A stretch of 62,833 bases of DNA from an uncultured Klebsiella sp. (GTDB taxonomy: Bacteria; Verrucomicrobiota; Verrucomicrobiia; Limisphaerales; SXTU01), in the NCBI GenBank assembly GCA_964591495.1, contig CAZQEW010000007.1, positions 5,681 through 68,513 of the forward strand. The letters are read 5' to 3'. The first letter of the stretch is position 1. Each line of letters begins with the position of its first letter. This document shows positions 18,837 through 26,608 of this stretch, piece after piece. Below the pieces are notes generated by a model, which was not told the DNA's origin, ran no database searches, and saw only the letters and a list, made by a program, of their open reading frames with translations. A program made the position numbers and the translations under genes.

Positions 18837-20246
18837 ATGCGCCCCACGCTTCTCCTCGCCGCCTCGCTCTTCGCCATCGCCTTGCACGCCGCGAACTGGC
18901 CGCAGTTCCGCGGGCCCGACGCCGTCGCCTCTGCCGTCGGCACGGGCAAGGCCCCCGTTCACTTTGGGCCGAAGACCAATCTCGTCTGGAGCACCGAACT
19001 GCCGGCCGGCATTTCTTCCCCGGTGCTGTGGGGGAACCGCATCTTCCTCACGGGCGTGGACAACGGGAAACTCGTCACCCTCTCGCTCGACCGCGCCACG
19101 GGCAAAGTCCTCTGGACCCAGCCCGCGCCCGCGGAAAAGCTGGAAGCCGCCCACCGCATCGGCAGTCCTGCCGCGCCCACGGCCTGCACGGATGGCGAGC
19201 GCGTCATCAGCTACTTCGGCTCGTTCGGCCTGCTGGCGTATGACTTTGCGGGCAAGGAGCTATGGCGGCATCCGTTGCCCGTGCCCGTGGTTGAGTTCGG
19301 CTCCAGCAGCTCGCCCATCCTCGTCGGCGACCTCGTCATCCAGCTCTGCGACTCGGACATGGACTCCTTCCTCGTGGCCGTGGACAAGCGCACCGGCAAG
19401 CAGGTCTGGAAAACATCACGTCCCGACCATCGGCGCGGTTTCGCCACGCCCTTCGTCTGGCGGCACGACGGCATTGAGGAGCTCATCGTGAACGGCTCGC
19501 TCAAGCTTTCCGCCTACGACCCCAAGACTGGCGCGTTGCGCTGGACTTCCCGCGGCATGGCGCGCGTAGCGAACGCCTCGCCCACCGCCGGCGACGGCCT
19601 GCTGTTCATCGCGAGCTGGAACATCGGCAGTGACGCCGGCGACCGCCTCGCCTTGCCGCCGCACGCCGAGTTCCTCGCGCAGCACGACAAGAACAAGGAC
19701 GGCAAGCTGGCGAAGGAAGAGTTCCCCACCGGCCCGTTCAAGGACCGCTTCAGCCAGTTCGACCTCGACAAGGACGGTCTTGTGACCAAGGCCGAATACG
19801 AGGGCATGGCCGACCAATTTGTCCAGGCCGAGAATGCCATCTTCGCCGTGAAGCCCGGCGGGCGCGGCGAGATCTCCGGGACGCACATCGCATGGAAACA
19901 CAACCGCAGTCTGCCCTACGTGGCCTCGCCACTTTATCATCTGGGCCGGGTCTACACCGTGCGCAGCGGCGGCATGGCAACCTGTTACGACGCCAAGACC
20001 GGCGAGGTGATCTACCGTGACGAACGCTTGGGTGCATTGGGCGACTACTACTCCAGCCTCACGGCGGCGGACGGCAACGTTTATGCCATATCGCAGAAAG
20101 GGACCGTGACCGTTTTCAGCGGCAGCAACGCGCTCGAAGTGGTCGCCCGAAACGAAATGGGTGAAACGGTCATGTCCACGCCCGCCATCGTGGATGGCCG
20201 CATCTACCTCCGCACTGAGAAGCGCCTGATGTGCTTCGGCAAGTAA
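18837..20246 (+). CDS. secreted PQQ-like/BamB-like beta-propeller repeat protein with an inserted EF-hand pair
   Basis: 469 aa. Signal peptide MRPTLLLAASLFAIALHA. ANWPQFRG plus repeated W..-type blade motifs. Two canonical 12-residue Ca-binding loops, DKNKDGKLAKEE (19686-19721) and DLDKDGLVTKAE (19761-19796). Confidence 0.85.
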   Translation: MRPTLLLAASLFAIALHAANWPQFRGPDAVASAVGTGKAPVHFGPKTNLVWSTELPAGISSPVLWGNRIFLTGVDNGKLVTLSLDRATGKVLWTQPAPAEKLEAAHRIGSPAAPTACTDGERVISYFGSFGLLAYDFAGKELWRHPLPVPVVEFGSSSSPILVGDLVIQLCDSDMDSFLVAVDKRTGKQVWKTSRPDHRRGFATPFVWRHDGIEELIVNGSLKLSAYDPKTGALRWTSRGMARVANASPTAGDGLLFIASWNIGSDAGDRLALPPHAEFLAQHDKNKDGKLAKEEFPTGPFKDRFSQFDLDKDGLVTKAEYEGMADQFVQAENAIFAVKPGGRGEISGTHIAWKHNRSLPYVASPLYHLGRVYTVRSGGMATCYDAKTGEVIYRDERLGALGDYYSSLTAADGNVYAISQKGTVTVFSGSNALEVVARNEMGETVMSTPAIVDGRIYLRTEKRLMCFGK

Positions 20247-20290
20247 GCCGGTGCCGCAGCGCACGCGGACTTTCCCGTAGGCAAAGACAG

Positions 20291-20319
20291 TTGGCCGTGC
20301 CGCGCGTCTTTGGTAGCTT
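20291..20319 (+). promoter_or_regulatory. candidate sigma-70-type promoter for the WXG100-like/FtsK-like operon
   Basis: TTGGCC (20291-20296), a 17-nt spacer, then TAGCTT (20314-20319), about 45 nt upstream of ATG 20364. This is a weak consensus match by eye only. Confidence 0.2.
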
Positions 20320-20363
20320 TTCTCCGCCGCCCGCAGAACGCCGACGGCCATAAAACGCTCACC

Positions 20364-20636
20364 ATGTCCCAAGCCATCATTGACCCCGCCGAGGTGCGGC
20401 GCTTTGCGGAGGAGCTGCGCCGCTTCAACACCGATGTGTCCGAGCGCACCGCGCAGCTCTCGGCGCGTTTCGCCGCGCTGGGCGACTCCTGGCAGGACCA
20501 GGAGCACGCGAAGTTCGCCGAGGAATTCAAGCAGACCATGAAGGTGCTGCGGAAGTTCGTCGACGTCTCGAACCAGCACGCGCCCTTCCTCCTGCGCAAG
20601 GCTCAGAAAATCGAGGAATACCTCCACCAGCGCTGA
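20364..20636 (+). CDS. WXG100-like small helical protein (ESAT-6/EsxA-like), 90 aa, central W-Q-D in place of W-x-G
   Basis: MSQAIIDPAEVRRFAEELRRF...LSARFAALGDSWQDQEHAKFAEEFKQ... parallels YukE/EsxA-type I.V.PEEL..A... / ..W.G....AF...F. The W-Q-D lies at 20490-20498, which is aa 43-45 of 90. It is first in an operon with an EssC-like ATPase. The track start at 20310 is a TTG, and ATG 20364 is preferred. Confidence 0.7.
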   Translation: MSQAIIDPAEVRRFAEELRRFNTDVSERTAQLSARFAALGDSWQDQEHAKFAEEFKQTMKVLRKFVDVSNQHAPFLLRKAQKIEEYLHQR

Positions 20637-21166
20637 TGCCCGAAGCCGCCCGCATCACGTCCGTCGAGGCCATCGAGGCCTTCCGCGCCGACCTGCTCGT
20701 GTATCTGGAGAAGGCCCGCAACGTGGTGGACGAGGTGGGCGAGGAGGTAAAGCGGACGCACGGCTGGCTGCAGGATGACCGCGGGCCGCACTGGGCCCAG
20801 CAGGTCAAGCGCCGCACCGTCGCGTTGCAGGAGCGGCAGCAGGAGCTGTTCAGCGCGCAACTCGGCAACTTCAAGCACAACATCCAGGCCGAGCTGGTCG
20901 CCGTCCGCCGCGCCAAGCAGGCGCTGGAGGAGGCCGAGGAGAAGGTGAAGCTCGTGAAGCGCTGGCTGCGCGATTACCCCATCGAGGTCGAGCCGCTCGC
21001 CCGCCACGCGGACCTGCTCCGCCATGTGCTCGTGAGCGACATGGGCAAGGCCGTCGTGCTCCTCTCGCAGACCATCGAGGCGCTGCACGCCTACGCCGCC
21101 GTGAAGCCGCCAAGTGCGGAAACGGCCCCGCCAGCTCCAGCCCCGGACAGTCCGCCCGCCGCATGA
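20636..21166 (+). CDS. helical hypothetical protein (176 aa), possibly two WXG-like hairpins plus a Pro/Ala-rich tail
   Basis: Its start overlaps the upstream stop (TGATG). The composition favours helix formation. It has two W-L-[QR]-D turns, HGWLQDD at 20765-20776 and RWLRDY at 20963-20974, and a C-terminal tail PPSAETAPPAPAPDSPPAA. Confidence 0.65.
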   Translation: MPEAARITSVEAIEAFRADLLVYLEKARNVVDEVGEEVKRTHGWLQDDRGPHWAQQVKRRTVALQERQQELFSAQLGNFKHNIQAELVAVRRAKQALEEAEEKVKLVKRWLRDYPIEVEPLARHADLLRHVLVSDMGKAVVLLSQTIEALHAYAAVKPPSAETAPPAPAPDSPPAA

Positions 21167-21375
21167 GCCTCAACTCCACCCGCACGCGCCTGACCACGCT
21201 GACCAAGCAGCTCTCCATCCGTTGGCAGGAGACCCGCGAGCACTGGCAGGACGCGAAGGCCGGCGAGTTCGAAAAGCGCCACCTGGACGAACTGTTCAAC
21301 CGCGTGAACACCGCCGCCGCCAGCATCGAAGACCTGGAACGCGTGCTCGCCAAAATCCACCGCGACTGTGAGTAA
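21163..21375 (+). CDS. WXG100-like small helical protein, 70 aa, central W-Q-D
   Basis: ATGA overlap with the upstream gene. The motif REHWQDAKAGEFEKRHLDELF (W-Q-D at 21244-21252) has the W-x-[G/D]-x-x-A-x-x-F spacing of WXG100 proteins. An 8-nt overlap links it to the downstream ATPase gene. Confidence 0.6.
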   Translation: MSLNSTRTRLTTLTKQLSIRWQETREHWQDAKAGEFEKRHLDELFNRVNTAAASIEDLERVLAKIHRDCE

Positions 21376-24300
21376 TCTGCTTTCCGCCGCCGAAACACTT
21401 GATCTGTTGCACCGCCTGCGCGACGCGGTGCGGACCTTCAGCGCGCGAGAGGAGCAGCTCCAGCGTGAACAGCAGGCACAGGAGACGCGGCTCAAGCAAC
21501 GCTGTGAAGCCGTCTACGCCCAGCGCTCCGAGCAGCTTCAGGGCGAAATCACCGCGCTGGAAAACTCTCTGGCCGATGCCCGTGCCCAACTCGCCGTCCG
21601 CTGGGACAACCGCCGAGCCAGGCTTGATCGCGCGCACAAGAACGCCCTCCGCCAGCGCCTTGCCCGGGCTGAGGAGCGGGAAAACCAACGTAAATTCGAG
21701 CTGCAACGCGAGCTGCTCGCCGCGCAACGCGAGCGCGAAGCCGGCCTGAAAGCGGCCAGCAGCGCCCACGCTGAGTTCATGGCGCAGCTCAAGGTTGAGC
21801 GGGAATCGCTGTCCCAACTCACTGAGCGCGCCCGCGTCGCCCTGCGCGGCTACGGCAATTGGTCACGCCGGCTCCGCGCCGACACACGTGCCGGCGACAG
21901 GCAGTCGCCACCTGGCCTCCCGACCGACGGCGATCCAGATCATTCCCTCGCGCTGCTCTCCCAAAAGCTCTCCGCTGCGACCGCCGACTTGGAGCGCGTG
22001 CGTGCCACCGGCCTGCCTCTGGTGTTCAGCTATGTGCCGGTCTGGCTCGGCTGGGGCATCGTCATCCTGCTCGCGTGCCTGTTGAGCTTCACCGGAGCAT
22101 TGGGAACCGGCCTAGCGCGATTCGCCCCCCATTTTGCCGCTGCGGGACTGTCACTTGTTACGTTGCTGTATCTCATCGGGCGGGTCAGCGCCGAAAAACC
22201 CGCAGTATCGCTTGCGCTCGCCCTCAGTGAGGCGGCGCAGCTCTCCACCGACTGCGAGCAGCTGGCCAAAGCCCGCCGCCAAGCCGAGGAACAGCGCGTT
22301 GAGCAGGTGGCTGCCGCCGTCGGCCAACGGCACGAGGATGCATGGAGCAAGGCACTGGGCGAAACCGATGCGACCAAAACGCAATGCAAACAGGAGATGG
22401 AGGCCAAGCTGCAGCGAGTAACGCAGCGCTACGAACGGCTGCGCGCGATGACGACGAATGCCTTCGAGCAGGCCAACGCAGCACGACTCGCGGCAGCGAA
22501 AACCAATGCGGACGATGAATTGCACGGCCTAGCCATCGCCAACGAGACCTCGCAGATGACTGTCGCGAACCAGCGTGAGTCCGCGTGGCTGGCTTTGGCT
22601 GCAGAGTGGCGGGCGGCCACGGAGCCAGTCTTCACGGCGCTCGGCGCGTTACAGCGCTCGGCTGCGGGGCAGTTTCCCATGTGGTCGCCCGAGTTGGCAC
22701 GACAGTGGAACGCGCCAGCCCAGTTCGGTCACGCCGCGCAGTTTGCCCGGCTCGACGTGGACGTGGCGAAGCTCGCCGGCGCGCTCCCACGCAATCCGCG
22801 CCTCGCGCTGCCCGGCCCGGCGAGCTTTTCCGTGCCGCTGCTGCTCACATTGCCCCAGCTCGCCTCGCTGGTCGTCGAGACGAAGGGCGACGGACGTGAG
22901 CAAGCCATCGCCACGCTGAACGACACCGTTCTCCGCCTGCTCGCCAGCGCGCCGCCGGGCCGCCTGAGCTTCACGCTGGTGGACCCGGTCGAGCTGGGCC
23001 GCAGTTTCTCCGGGCTGATGCACCTCGGCGATTACGACGACCGGCTCATCAACAGCCGCATCTGGACGCAACCCGCGCATGTCGAGCAGCAGCTAGCGCT
23101 GCTCAACGACCACATCGAGAAGGTCTCGCAGATGTATCTCCGCAACGAGTTTACAACTGTCGCGGACTACAACGCGCAGGCCGGGCGCATTGCGGAGCGC
23201 TACCACTTTCTCGTCGTGGCGGACTTTCCGGCGAACTTCTCGGACACGGCGCTGCGGCGGCTCGCAAGCATCATCGCGGGTGGCGCGCGCTGCGGCGTTC
23301 ACGTGCTGCTGCACTGGGATCAACGCAAGCCAGCGGCGGCGGAATTGCCGGGAGAAGAATTGCGCGCGGCCAGCGTGAACCTGCGGCGTGAGGGAAACGT
23401 CTTTGCCGTCGGCGGGGAAATCCTTCCCGGTGTCACGCTCGTGCTGGAACCGCCGCCGTCGCCGGAGATTGCGACGGAATTGCTCCACCAGGTCGGCCGG
23501 GCCAGCGTAAACGCGAACCGCGTGCAAGTGCCGTTCACAGATATCGCGCCGGCGGCAGACGCGACGTGGTCGCTGGACACGGCGGAGGAGTTGCGCGTGC
23601 CCATCGGGCGCACGGGCGCGACGAAGCTGCAATACCTCAGCCTGGGCAAGGGCACGCGCCAGCACGCGCTCGTGGCGGGCAAGACCGGCTCCGGCAAGTC
23701 CACGCTCTTTCACGTCATCATCACGGACCTCGCGCTGTGGTGCAGCCCGGAACAGGTGGAGTTTTACCTCGTGGACTTCAAGAAGGGCGTCGAGTTCCGC
23801 TGCTACGCGGCGCACCGGCTGCCGCACGCGCGCGTGGTGGCCATCGAAAGCGACCGCGAGTTTGGCCTGAGCGTGCTGGCGCGGTTCGACGAGGAGCTGA
23901 AGCGCCGCGGCGAGCTGTTCCGGAAGGCCGGCGCACAGGATTTGCCCGGCTACCGGCGGCTGAGCGGCGCAACACTGCCGCGCACGCTGCTGCTGATTGA
24001 CGAGTTTCAGGAATTCTTTGTCGCGGACGACAAGGTGGCACAGGGCGCGGCGCTGTTGCTGGACCGCATCGTGCGGCAGGGCCGGGCGTTCGGGATCCAC
24101 GTCATCCTCGTTTCACAAACGCTGGGCGGTGCCTACTCGCTCGCGCGTGCGACGTTGGGGCAAATGGTGGTGCGCATCGCGCTCCAGTGCAACGAAGCCG
24201 ACGCCGCGCTCATCATGGAGGACAACAACCCCGCGCCGCGCCTGCTCTCGCGGCCGGGCGAGGCGATTTACAACGACGAGGCCGGCGGGGTCACGGGCAA

Positions 24301-25261
24301 CAGTCCGTTCCAAACCGTGTGGGTGTCGGACACCGAGCGCGAGGAATGGCTGGCGAAGGTCAGCGCACGGGCGCAGGCCGACGGCGTGAAGCGACCGGCG
24401 CCCGTGGTCTTCGAGGGCAATGCGCCGGCGGACGTGCGGGACAACGAATTGCTGGGCGCGGCGCTTGCGTCTCCCAATCAGGCAGAAATTCCCCGCGTAT
24501 GGCTGGGCGCGCCGAACTCAATCAAAGGCCCGACGGAGGCGGTGTTCAACCGGCAGAGTGGCAACAACCTGCTCATCGTCGGCCAGCGCGACGAGGCGGC
24601 GCTCGCGATGCTTGGCGTGTCGCTCGTTGCGCTCGCGGCGCAAGGCGCAGCACGGCTCGTTGTGCTCGAAGCCAGCCCGCCGGAGTCGCCACAGAAGCGG
24701 TTCTTCGAGTCCGTGACGCGGGCGATTCCGCGCGGCTGCACGCTGGCGAAGGCCGGCGACTTGGAAACGCTGATGGCGGAGCTGGACTCAGAGTTGAAGC
24801 GACGGCTGGCCGTAGACCACGGCGCGGGTGCGCCGCCGTGTTTCCTGTTCGTCCACGAGTTGCAGAAGTTCAAGAAGCTGCGGCACGAGGATGATTTCAG
24901 CTTCGCGTCGGACGAATCGAGGCCGCCGGCCCCCGGAGCGGTCTTTGAGCGGCTCATCACCGAAGGCCCGGGCGTGGGCATGCACGTCATCGTCACGTGT
25001 GACAGCTATAACAGCCTGGCGCGCGCGATGAGCCGGAAGTGCATCAGCGAGTTCGAGCTGCGCGGGCTGTTCCAGATGAGCGCGAACGACTCGGCCACGC
25101 TGTGCGACTCGCCCGCCGCCTCCGATCTCGGCCTGCACCGTGCGCTGCTGCACAACGGGCAGATGGGATTCCTGGAGACGTTCAGACCATATGCAATGCC
25201 TGAGGCGGAATGGCTCGAGGAGGCCGGGCGGTCGTTGGCGCAGGCAGCAACCGGACGGTGA
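21368..25261 (+). CDS. membrane FtsK/SpoIIIE-family ATPase, EssC/EccC-like (coiled coil, 2 TM, coiled coil, 3 P-loop-like domains)
   Basis: 1297 aa with a GTG start. The TM hairpin LPLVFSYVPVWLGWGIVILLACLL / FAAAGLSLVTLLYLIGRV lies at about 22012-22185. There is one canonical Walker A, LVAGKTGSGKST (23678-23704), and Walker B LLLIDEFQEF (23987-24004), with FGIHVILVSQ following. The flanking FtsK-like domains have degenerate P-loops (VETKGDGREQA and LIVGQRDEAAL). Confidence 0.9.
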   Translation: MSNLLSAAETLDLLHRLRDAVRTFSAREEQLQREQQAQETRLKQRCEAVYAQRSEQLQGEITALENSLADARAQLAVRWDNRRARLDRAHKNALRQRLARAEERENQRKFELQRELLAAQREREAGLKAASSAHAEFMAQLKVERESLSQLTERARVALRGYGNWSRRLRADTRAGDRQSPPGLPTDGDPDHSLALLSQKLSAATADLERVRATGLPLVFSYVPVWLGWGIVILLACLLSFTGALGTGLARFAPHFAAAGLSLVTLLYLIGRVSAEKPAVSLALALSEAAQLSTDCEQLAKARRQAEEQRVEQVAAAVGQRHEDAWSKALGETDATKTQCKQEMEAKLQRVTQRYERLRAMTTNAFEQANAARLAAAKTNADDELHGLAIANETSQMTVANQRESAWLALAAEWRAATEPVFTALGALQRSAAGQFPMWSPELARQWNAPAQFGHAAQFARLDVDVAKLAGALPRNPRLALPGPASFSVPLLLTLPQLASLVVETKGDGREQAIATLNDTVLRLLASAPPGRLSFTLVDPVELGRSFSGLMHLGDYDDRLINSRIWTQPAHVEQQLALLNDHIEKVSQMYLRNEFTTVADYNAQAGRIAERYHFLVVADFPANFSDTALRRLASIIAGGARCGVHVLLHWDQRKPAAAELPGEELRAASVNLRREGNVFAVGGEILPGVTLVLEPPPSPEIATELLHQVGRASVNANRVQVPFTDIAPAADATWSLDTAEELRVPIGRTGATKLQYLSLGKGTRQHALVAGKTGSGKSTLFHVIITDLALWCSPEQVEFYLVDFKKGVEFRCYAAHRLPHARVVAIESDREFGLSVLARFDEELKRRGELFRKAGAQDLPGYRRLSGATLPRTLLLIDEFQEFFVADDKVAQGAALLLDRIVRQGRAFGIHVILVSQTLGGAYSLARATLGQMVVRIALQCNEADAALIMEDNNPAPRLLSRPGEAIYNDEAGGVTGNSPFQTVWVSDTEREEWLAKVSARAQADGVKRPAPVVFEGNAPADVRDNELLGAALASPNQAEIPRVWLGAPNSIKGPTEAVFNRQSGNNLLIVGQRDEAALAMLGVSLVALAAQGAARLVVLEASPPESPQKRFFESVTRAIPRGCTLAKAGDLETLMAELDSELKRRLAVDHGAGAPPCFLFVHELQKFKKLRHEDDFSFASDESRPPAPGAVFERLITEGPGVGMHVIVTCDSYNSLARAMSRKCISEFELRGLFQMSANDSATLCDSPAASDLGLHRALLHNGQMGFLETFRPYAMPEAEWLEEAGRSLAQAATGR

Positions 25262-25342
25262 GCCGCTCGCGGCCAAATCGGTGCAATTTTCGTCAGTTCT
25301 TGGCTTGCACACCGGCACACCCGCACTAAACTACGCACACGT

Positions 25343-26602
25343 ATGAATTCTGAGAACACCTACGACGCCATTGTCATCGGCGGCGGTCCTTCCGGTTCCT
25401 CCTCCTCCTACATTCTCTCCGAGCATGGCCACCGCGTGCTGCTGCTCGAGCGGGAGAAGTTTCCGCGCTATCACATCGGTGAGTCCATGATTCCCTTCAC
25501 CTACGGGCCGATGGAGCGGCTGGGCCTCATCCCCCGGATGAAGCAGTCGCATTTTGTGAAAAAATACAGCGTGGTCTTCATCTCCCCCAACGGGAAGGTC
25601 AGCACGCCGTTTTACTTCTTCAACCGCTACGACCGCGAGACCGTCGCGCAGACGTGGCAGGTGCTCCGCAGCGAACTCGATCAGATGCTCCTCGACCATA
25701 CGCGCAGCAAGGGCACCACGGTGAAGGAGGAGACCACCGTCAAGGAACTGCTCCGCGAGAACGGGCGCGTCGTCGGTGTGCGCGCTCAACATAAGGACGG
25801 CTCCGTGGCGGAGTATCGCGCCCCCATCACGCTGGACTGCACGGGCAAGGAAGCCTTTGCCGCCGTGCGCAATGGCTGGCGCACGCGCGATCCTTATCTG
25901 AACAAGGTCGCCGTCTGGACCTACTACAAGGGCTCGAAACGCGAGCCGGGCATTGACGAGGGCCAGACCGCCGTGGCCTATGTGCCGGACAAGGGCTGGT
26001 TCTGGCACATCCCGCAGCACGACGACATGCTAAGCGTGGGAGTCGTGGCCGAAGGCAAGTATCTGACGCGCGGTGGGGTGCGCGATCCCAAGGACATCTT
26101 CAACCGTGAGGTCGAGCAGAACGTATGGATCAAGGAACACCTGTCCGTCGGCCAGCAGGTTGGCCCTTACTACGTGACCAGTGAATACACCCAGCATGCG
26201 CGCCACTGTGGCAGCGCGGGCCTGTTGCTGGTGGGCGATGCCTTCGCGTTTCTCGACCCTGTGTTTAGCAGCGGCCTGATGCTGGCGCTCAAGAGCGGCG
26301 TGCTGGCCGGCGACGAGGTCCACAAGGCGATCGAGGCAAACGACTTTTCCCCGGCCCGCTTCACCCATTACGCCACGACGATGCGTCTGGGCGTGGAGAA
26401 CATGCGGAAGCTGGTATATGCCTTTTACGATCCGAACTTCTCTTTCAAGGACGTGATCATGAAGTATCCCGAGGCCGGCGGCGAGATCACCGACTGCCTC
26501 AGCGGGGATGTGAACAAGGACTTCGAGCCGCTCTGGCGCAAGATCCGCGAGTTCGTCCCGCTGCCAGATGACTTGCCGCTCGGGCAGCCAATGGCAAATT
26601 AG
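25343..26602 (+). CDS. FAD-dependent oxidoreductase (geranylgeranyl-reductase / flavin-halogenase-like family)
   Basis: 419 aa. Rossmann dinucleotide motif YDAIVIGGGPSGSS, LLLEREKFPRYHIGES, and LLLVGDAFAFLDPVFSSG (GD motif). Confidence 0.85.
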   Translation: MNSENTYDAIVIGGGPSGSSSSYILSEHGHRVLLLEREKFPRYHIGESMIPFTYGPMERLGLIPRMKQSHFVKKYSVVFISPNGKVSTPFYFFNRYDRETVAQTWQVLRSELDQMLLDHTRSKGTTVKEETTVKELLRENGRVVGVRAQHKDGSVAEYRAPITLDCTGKEAFAAVRNGWRTRDPYLNKVAVWTYYKGSKREPGIDEGQTAVAYVPDKGWFWHIPQHDDMLSVGVVAEGKYLTRGGVRDPKDIFNREVEQNVWIKEHLSVGQQVGPYYVTSEYTQHARHCGSAGLLLVGDAFAFLDPVFSSGLMLALKSGVLAGDEVHKAIEANDFSPARFTHYATTMRLGVENMRKLVYAFYDPNFSFKDVIMKYPEAGGEITDCLSGDVNKDFEPLWRKIREFVPLPDDLPLGQPMAN

Positions 26603-26608
26603 GCGGCG

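Noticed and set aside
20310-20363. Longer TTG-initiated version of the first WXG100-like gene
   Set aside because: TTG is a rare start, and the extension (VAFLRRPQNADGHKTLT) adds no helix. ATG 20364 gives a 90-aa product with the W motif exactly central. The stop is unaffected.
21368-25261. Interpretation of the big ATPase as the cell-division DNA translocase FtsK or a conjugative TraB/TcpA pump
   Set aside because: FtsK has four N-terminal TM helices, a single motor and a C-terminal gamma domain. Here there are 2 TM helices, long coiled coils and three tandem FtsK-like domains, two of them degenerate. The gene is coupled to WXG100-like genes, and no relaxase or T4SS genes are nearby. This has not been formally excluded without phylogeny.
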